64,000 bases of DNA. Origin: Bacteroidota bacterium (GTDB lineage: Bacteria; Bacteroidota; Bacteroidia; Bacteroidales; DTGW01). This document shows, piece after piece, positions 46,985 to 55,561 of this stretch. The notes below the pieces were generated by a model. The model did no database searches and was not told the DNA's origin. It saw nothing but the letters and a program-made list of their open reading frames with translations. Made by a program: the position numbers and the translations under genes. How positions within the stretch are numbered: the first letter of the stretch is position 1; each line of letters opens with the position of its first letter. The stretch covers positions 9,373 through 73,372 of the forward strand of contig JAKPGM010000006.1 of assembly GCA_029550865.1 (NCBI GenBank), in the 5' to 3' direction.

Positions 46985-48148
46985 ATGGAAAAAACCTTTT
47001 TCGACGAAATTATACCACGACGGGGTACCCACTGCTTGAAATACGATGACTGTATGCATCGTTTTGGCACCGACGATGTTCTTCCGTTATGGGTAGCCGA
47101 CATGGATTTTCGGGTAGCCCCTGCCATTACACGTGTGGCCGAAAATATTGTAAAACATGGCATCTATGGCTATCATCTTCGCACCGATCGATATTACCAT
47201 GCCGTTACCCACTGGCTACAGTCGCATCATCAGTGGAAGGTACAACCTGACGAAATATTTTTTACCCCTGGCGTGGTCCCGGCCATAAGTTATCTCATTC
47301 AGGCATTCACGCAACCAGGTGATGGCATACTGATACAAACCCCTGTGTATTATCCTTTTTTCAGCGTAATTAAGCAAAATAGACGTAAATTACTCACCAA
47401 TCAACTCGTTGAAAAAGACAATTACTATTCCATCGACTTCGAGGATTTTGAGCAAAAAGTCGCACAGGCAAAAGTATTTATATTATGTAGCCCGCATAAT
47501 CCAGTAAGCCGCGTATGGACAGAAGAAGAGCTTAAACGAATGGCCGAAATATGCCTGAAACACAAGGTACTGATAATTTCTGATGAAATTCACAGCGATA
47601 TCGTCTTTGGGGAACGTAGGCATCGCCCCCTTGCTACTTTATCGGATGTAGTTAAAGAAAACATAATTACCTGTCATTCTCCCAGTAAAACTTTTAACCT
47701 GGCTGGTCTCGGATTGGGATATGTCATTATTCAGAATGTTGCATTACGGCAACGCTTTCACGACTACTATGCCGTATTTTATGCCGAAGGGATCAACGTT
47801 TTTGCCTATGAAACCATGGCAGCAGCTTACATGGAAAGCGAAGAATGGTATCAGGCAATGCTTCAATATGTGTATGACAATTATCTATTTTTGAAAGCAT
47901 ACCTAGCGAAAGAGCTGCCATTTATACGCCATACACCTCTTGAAGCAACATATCTGGTATGGCTCGACTTCAGGGCACTTAAGCTGAGCGATGCCGAGCT
48001 TCGCAAAGCAGTTATAGAGCGTGCAAAGCTGGGAATAAATGATGGTCCGACCTTCGGACCCGGCGGCAGTGGCTTTCAACGTATCAACATTGCTTGCCCC
48101 AGAGCTATTCTGGCCGAAGCTTTACATCGATTAAAACAACTGACTTAG
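46985..48148 (+). CDS. patB: PLP-dependent aminotransferase class I/II, PatB/MalY-type cystathionine beta-lyase
   Basis: Start MEKTFFDEIIPRRGTHCLKYD at 46985. LPLWVADMDF and the PLP-lysine context SPSKTFNLAGL are typical of the MalY/PatB family. It is convergent with cysK. Confidence 0.8.
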   Translation: MEKTFFDEIIPRRGTHCLKYDDCMHRFGTDDVLPLWVADMDFRVAPAITRVAENIVKHGIYGYHLRTDRYYHAVTHWLQSHHQWKVQPDEIFFTPGVVPAISYLIQAFTQPGDGILIQTPVYYPFFSVIKQNRRKLLTNQLVEKDNYYSIDFEDFEQKVAQAKVFILCSPHNPVSRVWTEEELKRMAEICLKHKVLIISDEIHSDIVFGERRHRPLATLSDVVKENIITCHSPSKTFNLAGLGLGYVIIQNVALRQRFHDYYAVFYAEGINVFAYETMAAAYMESEEWYQAMLQYVYDNYLFLKAYLAKELPFIRHTPLEATYLVWLDFRALKLSDAELRKAVIERAKLGINDGPTFGPGGSGFQRINIACPRAILAEALHRLKQLT

Positions 48149-48167
48149 CGAATACGAACTTTACAGC

Positions 48168-48198
48168 AAAAAAAATCCTTCTCACACGGAGAAGGATT
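48168..48198 (-). terminator. Intrinsic terminator for cysK
   Basis: Hairpin AATCCTTCTC/GAGAAGGATT (48174-48183 / 48189-48198). On the minus strand it is followed by a T-run (complement of the A-run at 48168-48175). Confidence 0.75.
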
Positions 48199-48231
48199 AT
48201 CGCTACCTGCGGATAGTAGAATATCTTTGAG

Positions 48232-49143
48232 CTAAAAAAGACCTTCGATAGAAAGATATCTTTCGCCCGTATCGTAGTTCACAGTCAATACTCGGCTACC
48301 TTTTGGAATTTCAGGCAGTTTTTTTGCCACGGCAGCCAACGCAGCACCTGAAGAAATACCCACAAATAAACCTTCTTCTCGAGCAGCCCGCTGAGCATAC
48401 TCAAAGGCTTCTTCTTTGGTTATTTGTATTACCCCATCAAGTATTTCGGTATGAAGATTCTTGGGAATAAATCCTGCTCCTATGCCCTGAATTGGATGAG
48501 GACCAGGTTGCCCACCACTAATTACAGGCGATAACGCAGGTTCCACTGCAAATACCTTAAGATTAGGAAACTTTGGTTTGAGCACTTCGCCAATTGCCGT
48601 AATATGCCCCCCTGTTCCAACCCCTGTAATCACATAGTCAAGTCCGTCGGAGAAATCATTCAATATTTCCTGTGCCGTAGTACGTTTATGTACCTCAATA
48701 TTGGACTCGTTGCTAAACTGGTCTGGCATCCATGCATTGGGAATGGTAGCTACCAGTTCTTTAGCTTTTTCTATGGCTCCACGCATACCCTTCTCGCGAG
48801 GCGTAAGTTCAAAGGTAGCACCATAGACTGCCATTAAACGACGACGCTCCACGCTAAACGATTCGGGCATCACCAGTATCAGCTTGTATTTTTTAACGGC
48901 TGCCACCATCGCCAACCCTATACCCGTATTCCCCGAGGTAGGCTCAATTATCACACTCCCAGGCTTTAATATGCCTTTTTTCTCTGCATCTTCAATCATT
49001 GCAAGAGCTATCCTGTCCTTAATACTATTGGCAGGATTGAATTTTTCCAGCTTGACCCACACCTCATGGTCACTGCCAAAAAGATTATTTACACGCACAT
49101 GTGGCGTATTCCCTATGGTCTCCAAAATGTTTTGTGCTTTCAT
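48232..49143 (-). CDS. cysK: Cysteine synthase A (O-acetylserine sulfhydrylase)
   Basis: 303-aa ORF with the PLP-Lys motif [24 protein letters not shown] and GTGGHITA, a canonical CysK. Confidence 0.92.
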   Translation of the reverse strand: MKAQNILETIGNTPHVRVNNLFGSDHEVWVKLEKFNPANSIKDRIALAMIEDAEKKGILKPGSVIIEPTSGNTGIGLAMVAAVKKYKLILVMPESFSVERRRLMAVYGATFELTPREKGMRGAIEKAKELVATIPNAWMPDQFSNESNIEVHKRTTAQEILNDFSDGLDYVITGVGTGGHITAIGEVLKPKFPNLKVFAVEPALSPVISGGQPGPHPIQGIGAGFIPKNLHTEILDGVIQITKEEAFEYAQRAAREEGLFVGISSGAALAAVAKKLPEIPKGSRVLTVNYDTGERYLSIEGLF

Positions 49144-49183
49144 GGTTGCTTATTTTTAATGATTAATACCTAAATTCATATAG

Positions 49184-49191
49184 CAAAACTA
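49184..49191 (-). promoter_or_regulatory. Candidate -7 box (TAGTTTTG) for cysK
   Basis: Plus strand reads CAAAACTA, 41 nt upstream of the minus-strand ATG at 49143. Confidence 0.35.
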
Positions 49192-49411
49192 TGATTTATT
49201 TTTGAATAAAAAAAATAATTTAACATTTTTTTGTCAAAAAATTCTGCAAGGGAACCAACAACACTGTACAAAACAATGAAGAATAAACCCTTAAAAATAT
49301 GAAATTTAGCAGAATCCTATTCAATATCGTGCGGGTAGGATTTTCGGGTACAGTTTGAAACGAACAAAAAAAACAAATATGTTTGCAGTTATAATAATCA
49401 TTGCTTAGCTG

Positions 49412-51742
49412 TTGATGTTTACAGGGAACCATAAATATTTTTGGGGCAAATTTATGTCGATTCTTGGCCTTGTAGCCATTACAGCATGTAGTACTACCAA
49501 GTTTGTGCCCCGCGACCGATATCTACTAAGCGATACAAAAATCACCATAGAAGGGGATAAAAAAAACATCAAAAAATCGGATATCGAACCTTTTCTTCGC
49601 CAGCGAGCTAATACACGTTTTCTAAACCTATTTAAATTTCAGTTGTGGTTGTACAATCTATCGTCATCCGACACGAACCAATGGATTAGCAGCTGGTTAC
49701 GAAAAATAGGCGAAAATCCTTCGATATACGACCCCTTTGTAACCGAACAAACCCGGCAGCAAATAGGATACTTTCTGGAAGAGCAAGGATATTTCAACGC
49801 TCGGGTCACCGACTCGGTAAAAATTAAAGGGCAAAAAATAAAGCTATACTTGAAGGTATATACAGGAAAACCACGTTATATAGGCAAAGTACAATATATA
49901 TTCGAAGATTCCGATATAGAAAATATTGTACAAGCCGATTCATCAAAAAGTCTTTTAAAAACAGGAGATCGGCTTCAGCTCAATGTGTTACAAAACGAAC
50001 GAGTTAGAATTGAAACTACACTACGCAATGCCGGTTATTTTTCATTTACTCGGGATTATGTTTCTTTTCAGATAGATACCTTTTCGGATCCAGTGTTAAC
50101 AAATATCACTGTCCTTATAAAAAATATCAGGCAGGTAAACTCACTGGGGCAGGAAGAACTCAAGCGACATTATCGATATAAAATAGGCAACATACAAGTT
50201 TGGGTCGACAACCAGCGAACATCCGACACTCTGGCCTACCGCGTCGACAGTATCATGTACGATATTGTAACCATTGGTAACACAACCTATTTCTTTCGTA
50301 ACGCAATTGCTGTTCGTCCCCATACGCTTCACAGTAATATTTTTCTTCGACCCAATGCCTATTATCGACAAGCTGATGTAGAAGAAACCTACAAACGATT
50401 ATCGGCGCTAAGATTATTTAAGTTCATTAACATCGGTTTTGTGGAAAATCGTTCCGACTCATTGCTTACCGACTCTGTACATTTAATAGACTGCAAAATA
50501 CAGCTTTCCCTACAAAAATATCAATCCTACCAAACAGAATTCGAAATTACTAGCCGTGTAGGGCTTGGAGTAACCGGCAACATCAATTATCAGCATCGTA
50601 ACTTATTAAAAGGGGGAGAAACTTTTTCGGTTAAAATAAACGGAAGTACCGAAACTGTGAAAAGCACGCAGAGTTTTCAGTTCAAAAACACCCTGGAATT
50701 AGGCACCGAAATAACCCTTAGCGTTCCCCAGTTATTGGTGCCCTTTTTGTCATCGCGTTTTGAGCAACGTTACTATCCCCGTACAAATTTTACTACCTCG
50801 TACAATTTTCTGCGACGAATTCAATATACTAACCAGATTTTTAATGCTTCTTATGGTTTCTCCTGGTCGGCCAATCCTCTGACCTCAATTAGACTAAATC
50901 TTGCCGAGATGAACTACATTCGTATTCTACGACTCGATAGTTCTTTTTACCAAAACATAACAAACACCTACCTCAAAAAAAGTTTTGAGGATCACCTGAT
51001 CAACTTAAGCTCAATAAGTTTACTATACACCAATCAACAGGGAGATAAAAATATTCCTTTCCGCTATCTACGTTTGAGTACTGAATTTGCAGGAAATTCG
51101 ACAGCATTACTTCTACGAGCACTGGGTACACAGCCCGACCCCGATGGTTCGTACCGATTATTTCAAATCAGGTTTGCTCAGTATGCTAAATTCGATGTAG
51201 ATTTTAGACAATATTTTCCGATAGGTCAAAACCATAAAATTGTTTTTCGTATGTTGACTGGTATAGCGTACCCCTACGGTAATTCAACCAGTATTCCGTT
51301 CGAAAAACAATACTTTGCCGGAGGGGCTAATAGCATGCGGGGCTGGCAGCTGCGAAGCTTAGGTCCTGGTGCCTATACAGATACCATTAAAGTATCATTT
51401 CCTGATAAAACCGGAGATCTTAAAATTGAAGCTAATGCCGAAGTACGTCTTAAAATGTTCTGGAAACTGGAAGGTGCCATTTTCTGGGACGTAGGCAATA
51501 TTTGGTCGATTAACCAATACGACAATCGCAAAAACGCCATTTTTCACCTCAATAGTTTTGTCCAGCAGCTTGCTATTAATTCGGGGATAGGACTGCGTTT
51601 TAATTTTTCCTTCTTTATAATCAGAATCGACCTTGGGTTAAAAATGCGAGATCCCTCAAAAACCACAAATCCTTGGATAATTCGCTCTTTCAATTGGGGT
51701 GAACTACTCAACCCCACCATCGGTATTGGATATCCATTTTAA
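49412..51742 (+). CDS. BamA/TamA-family outer-membrane protein (Omp85, surface antigen D15 domain)
   Basis: 776-aa ORF; the start is uncertain (TTG 49412, ATG 49415 or ATG 49454). It has POTRA-like N-terminal repeats, a C-terminal beta-barrel pattern with YFAGGANSMRGWQLRSLGPG, and a terminal aromatic residue (..GIGYPF). Confidence 0.82.
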   Translation: MMFTGNHKYFWGKFMSILGLVAITACSTTKFVPRDRYLLSDTKITIEGDKKNIKKSDIEPFLRQRANTRFLNLFKFQLWLYNLSSSDTNQWISSWLRKIGENPSIYDPFVTEQTRQQIGYFLEEQGYFNARVTDSVKIKGQKIKLYLKVYTGKPRYIGKVQYIFEDSDIENIVQADSSKSLLKTGDRLQLNVLQNERVRIETTLRNAGYFSFTRDYVSFQIDTFSDPVLTNITVLIKNIRQVNSLGQEELKRHYRYKIGNIQVWVDNQRTSDTLAYRVDSIMYDIVTIGNTTYFFRNAIAVRPHTLHSNIFLRPNAYYRQADVEETYKRLSALRLFKFINIGFVENRSDSLLTDSVHLIDCKIQLSLQKYQSYQTEFEITSRVGLGVTGNINYQHRNLLKGGETFSVKINGSTETVKSTQSFQFKNTLELGTEITLSVPQLLVPFLSSRFEQRYYPRTNFTTSYNFLRRIQYTNQIFNASYGFSWSANPLTSIRLNLAEMNYIRILRLDSSFYQNITNTYLKKSFEDHLINLSSISLLYTNQQGDKNIPFRYLRLSTEFAGNSTALLLRALGTQPDPDGSYRLFQIRFAQYAKFDVDFRQYFPIGQNHKIVFRMLTGIAYPYGNSTSIPFEKQYFAGGANSMRGWQLRSLGPGAYTDTIKVSFPDKTGDLKIEANAEVRLKMFWKLEGAIFWDVGNIWSINQYDNRKNAIFHLNSFVQQLAINSGIGLRFNFSFFIIRIDLGLKMRDPSKTTNPWIIRSFNWGELLNPTIGIGYPF

Positions 51743-51767
51743 TACATTGGCAAAAAATAACTCAAGA

Positions 51768-51775
51768 TATTTTTG
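51768..51775 (+). promoter_or_regulatory. Candidate -7 box (TATTTTTG) for the orphan 304-aa gene
   Basis: TAttTTTG lies 44 nt upstream of the ATG at 51820. Confidence 0.35.
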
Positions 51776-51819
51776 TTTCATCTAACTTTATTATGTATTT
51801 TTAACAAAATATTTTTTTC

Positions 51820-52734
51820 ATGGAATTGGTCCATGTTCGTCAGGTTCCATTTGAAGACCTTTCACAAGAAAGGATCGATGTGTTGATGTTTGCCTGTAGC
51901 GGAACCATGGACGTTAATGCTATACTCCCAACTTTTTTAGTACCCGCTCGTAGAAAAATCATCCTGGCATTCTGCAACGATCCAATATCCAATAGCGCTT
52001 TCCCTAATGACGCAGAAATAATATATTTTCGCAACGATGATGACATTTCAGAAATTCATCAGGCATTAGAAAACCTTTGCCAAACTTATAAGGGTGACAA
52101 TATCAAGCTGGTTATCGACTACACTTTTATGCAAAAAAGGGTATTGGGAGCAATTGTCAGCTTCCTTTCGATCAACGAGTTTACCTGCAATCGATTAACC
52201 GTTTATTTTTATTGTGCCGAAACGCCAGTAAATTTTCAACAATCGTCCGAAACCGTATTACGACCCATTCTCCTATACGAAAATTATAAGTTTAATAAGC
52301 GTCCCATTGCGCTCATTGTAGAGTTAAATAGCATGTCCCAAATCGAGCATGTGAAAGAACTTTACTACACTTTTTGCCCGGTTCAGGCGCATTTTTTTAT
52401 TCCCTCACCCATTCTTAATCAAAAAGATATAGAATCATTAGAAAAATTTCCGGCATCCAAAGTTGTTGGCTATATTCCCCACGATCTTGAGATGTTGGAC
52501 GAAACATTGCGGCAACTATGTCGTCAACTACGTTTGGATCATCGGGTAGTTGTGGTAACGATGGGTTCTAAGATTTTTTCAATGGTAGCTTTTCTCATTA
52601 ATGCACGATATCCTGATGTTGAAGTATGGCAATACGATGTTGCAACTTTTACGGGGAATTGGGCTGAAGGTAAGGGAGAAAAATTTGTTTATCGTGCCAT
52701 ACTTTCGGATGATTTTCTTGAGGACATAAACTAA
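51820..52734 (+). CDS. Hypothetical cytoplasmic protein, no family recognised
   Basis: 304-aa ORF with no signal or TM segment. It has alternating beta-alpha-looking segments (DVLMFACSG; KLVIDYTFMQKRVLGAIVSFL; IALIVELNS; VVVVTMGSKIFSMVAFLINA). It is monocistronic between the Omp85 gene and the 3-prime end of rnpB. Confidence 0.65.
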   Translation: MELVHVRQVPFEDLSQERIDVLMFACSGTMDVNAILPTFLVPARRKIILAFCNDPISNSAFPNDAEIIYFRNDDDISEIHQALENLCQTYKGDNIKLVIDYTFMQKRVLGAIVSFLSINEFTCNRLTVYFYCAETPVNFQQSSETVLRPILLYENYKFNKRPIALIVELNSMSQIEHVKELYYTFCPVQAHFFIPSPILNQKDIESLEKFPASKVVGYIPHDLEMLDETLRQLCRQLRLDHRVVVVTMGSKIFSMVAFLINARYPDVEVWQYDVATFTGNWAEGKGEKFVYRAILSDDFLEDIN

Positions 52735-52746
52735 GACAAAATAAAT

Positions 52747-53144
52747 AAAGAAGTGGGTTTGTAAGCCGGGTTCTGTATCACGGTGGTCCGTGACTTCTAT
52801 CATTTATCTAGCCCTGCTGTTGCCAGCAGGGTCGTGCGGCCTACCCTTCTCAACTTTTTTGCGCTAAGGCAAAAAAACAGGACGAGCAGCCCTGCAATTC
52901 ATACGAATTATTGAGATATACATGGCCTTGCAACCCATGAGGTGTACGGCTTCTGATGTCACCATCAGAACCGGTGGGCTCTTACCCCACCTTTTCACCC
53001 TTGTCGCGCCGAAGCGAGACGGTTATTTTCTGTTACACTACTATACCCTCGCGGGTATCTTCCCGTTAGGAAGCATGGTGCTCTGCGTTGCCCGGACTTT
53101 CCTCCATGTGCCAAACACATGGCGATAGAACAACCCACTTCTTT
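52747..53144 (-). ncRNA. rnpB: RNase P RNA (bacterial type A)
   Basis: The reverse strand reads AAAGAAGTGGGTTG...GGAGGAAAGTCCGGGCAACGCAGAGC...ACAGAAAA...GGGTGAAAAGGTGGGGTAAGAGCCCACC...CCGGCTTACAAACCCACTTCTTT. These are the universal GGAAAGTCCGGGC (P4/CR-I), GTAAGAGC and ACAGAA elements. A 13-bp P1 is formed by the two ends. Ends are accurate to about 5 nt. Confidence 0.9.
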
Positions 53145-53382
53145 ACTTATCTGGACTCTTTACCTTCACACTTTTCTGCCAAACGATCATGTTCCGTGCA
53201 TGATTCAATAATTCCTCAGCCATGCTAACATTTCCCTCTTCCATCAAAAGTTTGGCATAAAAACGCAAGGTTTCGGGAGCATGTTTATCTTGTGCACGAA
53301 GTAAAAACACTGGCTCATCGTCGGGAATTTTTCCCTCAAGGTCTACAATACGTCGATTATAATCGTCACGCGTAAATCTCAT
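53143..53382 (-). CDS. Small hypothetical protein (79 aa)
   Basis: Track ORF MRFTRDDYNRRIVDLEGKIPDDEPVFLLRAQDKHAPETLRFYAKLL... has non-biased composition. The EPVFLLRAQDK.AP motif looks like a small conserved family I have seen in phage and bacterial hypotheticals, but I cannot name it. Its stop codon overlaps the first nucleotides of rnpB P1. Confidence 0.5.
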   Translation of the reverse strand: MRFTRDDYNRRIVDLEGKIPDDEPVFLLRAQDKHAPETLRFYAKLLMEEGNVSMAEELLNHARNMIVWQKSVKVKSPDK

Positions 53383-53454
53383 AGTAGTGTTTTAGCTTAT
53401 ATCGTTCTGCAAGTAAATATACAAATTTAATGCTAAAAATGTAGAAAGCAGCAA

Positions 53455-53480
53455 TAAAAAAGTCCGCCTTTCGACGGACT
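53455..53480 (-). terminator. Intrinsic terminator for pckG
   Basis: Hairpin AGTCCG/CGGACT (53461-53466 / 53475-53480). On the minus strand it is followed by a T-rich run (complement of the A-run at 53456-53461). It is 9 nt past the pckG stop. Confidence 0.65.
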
Positions 53481-53488
53481 CTTAGTAT

Positions 53489-55282
53489 TTAGGATAGTCG
53501 TTTTCTCAAGGCATCAAACTGCTCTCGAAGGGCAGAAGGATAACGATTTCCAAATACAGCCTGATGTTCAGCTATTAACTCGCATTCCCTGAGCCACTCG
53601 TCTCGATCAACTTTTAGCAACTCGGGCATTTTTTCTGCCTGATTGGGCAATCCACTAATGTCGATTGCATTCGGCGAAGGTACATAGCCAATAGGCGTTT
53701 CAACAGCATCGGCCTTACCATCGAGGCGTTCAAATATCCATTTCAACACACGGATATTTTCGCCATAGCCAGGCCATAAAAATTTTCCATTAGCATCTTT
53801 ACGGAACCAGTTTACATTGAAAATCCGGGGTAACTTGGTTTTATCGGGAGCCGTAGCACCAATTTTAATCCAATGAGCAAAATAATCGCCCATATTATAG
53901 CCACAGAAGGGTAACATAGCAAAGGGATCACGACGTACTCCTGCTTTAAGCCCGATAGCTGCCGCCGTCACTTCTGAACCTACAATAGAACCTACAAAAA
54001 CGCCATGATTCCAGTCGAAGGCTTCATAAACCAGCGGAACGGTATTGGGACGACGTCCGCCAAAGAGTATTGCCGAAATTGGTACACCCTGCGGATTTTC
54101 CCAGTCGGGGTCGATGCTTGGACATTGGCTGGCAGGAGCCGTAAAACGTGAGTTAGGATGTGCGCAAGGTTCATTGCTATTACGATCGTGTACCTGATTC
54201 TTCCAATTAATAGTTCCTTCTGGCATATCGTAACCGATACCTTCCCACCAGACATCGCCATCGGGGGTAAGTCCTACATTAGTAAAAATGGTATTGGCAC
54301 GACAGCTGAGCATAGCATTAGGATTGGTCTCCATGGAGGTATATGGTGCTACACCAAAAAAGCCGGCTTCAGGATTTACGGCATACAAACGACCATCGGG
54401 TCCAAACTTCATCCAGGCAATATCATCCCCCACCATTTCGACCTTCCACCCCGGGATTGTAGGAATGAGCATGGCAAGGTTAGTTTTTCCACAAGCACTG
54501 GGGAAAGCGGCTGCAATATATTTTTTAACCCCCTGAGGGTTGGTTATCCCCATGATAAGCATATGTTCGGCCAACCACCCCTCGCGACGTGCCATGTTAG
54601 AAGCAATACGCAAGGCAAAACATTTTTTACCCAATAGTGCATTTCCCCCATATCCCGATCCATACGACCATATCTCATTGGTTTCGGGAAAATGCGAAAT
54701 ATATTTCTGTTCAATAGGGGCACAGGGCCATTTGACATCCTTCTGTCCCGGTTCAAGTGGATATCCTACAGAGTGAACACAGGGTACAAAATCGCCCTTA
54801 TCGCCCAGGATATCCAGTACTTTCTTACCCATGCGAGTCATGATGCGCATGTTTACCACCACATAAGGTGAATCGGTAAGCTGGACGCCAATATATGAAA
54901 TATGTGAACCCAGTGGACCCATGCTAAACGGAATCACATACATGGTACGTCCCTTCATACTGCCCTTATAAAGCTTACGCAGGGTAGCTTTCATCTCATC
55001 CGGAGACACCCAGTTGTTTGTAGGACCAGCATCTTCTTTATTTTGGGTGCAAATAAAAGTACGGTTTTCGACTCGAGCTACATCACTTGGATCGCTCTGA
55101 AAATAGTAACTATTAGGGCGTTTCGATTCATTTAGTTTCACAGCCATCCCACTCTTAACCATTTCATCCAGCAGACGCTGATTTTCCTCCTCCGAACCAT
55201 CGCACCAATGCACCTCTTTAGCCTCACACCATGCAGCCCACTCATTCACCCATTCAATAAGTTTTCTATTGTTCGTTATCAT
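53489..55282 (-). CDS. pckG: Phosphoenolpyruvate carboxykinase (GTP)
   Basis: 597-aa ORF with [13 protein letters not shown] (kinase-1a P-loop of GTP-PEPCK), [16 protein letters not shown] and [19 protein letters not shown], typical of the GTP-dependent enzyme. Confidence 0.93.
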   Translation of the reverse strand: MITNNRKLIEWVNEWAAWCEAKEVHWCDGSEEENQRLLDEMVKSGMAVKLNESKRPNSYYFQSDPSDVARVENRTFICTQNKEDAGPTNNWVSPDEMKATLRKLYKGSMKGRTMYVIPFSMGPLGSHISYIGVQLTDSPYVVVNMRIMTRMGKKVLDILGDKGDFVPCVHSVGYPLEPGQKDVKWPCAPIEQKYISHFPETNEIWSYGSGYGGNALLGKKCFALRIASNMARREGWLAEHMLIMGITNPQGVKKYIAAAFPSACGKTNLAMLIPTIPGWKVEMVGDDIAWMKFGPDGRLYAVNPEAGFFGVAPYTSMETNPNAMLSCRANTIFTNVGLTPDGDVWWEGIGYDMPEGTINWKNQVHDRNSNEPCAHPNSRFTAPASQCPSIDPDWENPQGVPISAILFGGRRPNTVPLVYEAFDWNHGVFVGSIVGSEVTAAAIGLKAGVRRDPFAMLPFCGYNMGDYFAHWIKIGATAPDKTKLPRIFNVNWFRKDANGKFLWPGYGENIRVLKWIFERLDGKADAVETPIGYVPSPNAIDISGLPNQAEKMPELLKVDRDEWLRECELIAEHQAVFGNRYPSALREQFDALRKRLS

Positions 55283-55329
55283 TGCAAATTGAATTTTAAT
55301 TACTAAAACCTATTGTTATTTTCTGAACA

Positions 55330-55337
55330 CAAAAGTA
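55330..55337 (-). promoter_or_regulatory. Candidate -7 box (TACTTTTG) for pckG
   Basis: Plus strand reads CAAAAGTA, 48 nt upstream of the minus-strand ATG at 55282. A second identical CAAAAGTAAA lies at 55401-55410. Confidence 0.35.
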
Positions 55338-55561
55338 AAATTTAGATTTTAAAGAAAAAATTTTGTTGTTATTTTTTTAACAAAAAAATACGCAATTAAG
55401 CAAAAGTAAAGGTTTTTTTATTTTTTTTTCAGAAAAAGAATGCATAAATATTTAAAATAATATTAAAAAGCGCATAAATACATTAATGAATTAAGTACAA
55501 AATGCACTGGCTTAAGAAAATATAAAATTTTGTAACACATTTCATGTTTGATACGTATTAA

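Noticed and set aside
52579-53128. Track ORFs 52579..52803 (-) and 52922..53128 (+)
   Set aside because: Both are explained by the RNase P RNA gene and the 3-prime end of the neighbouring CDS. The sequence there carries universal rnpB elements, not coding signal.
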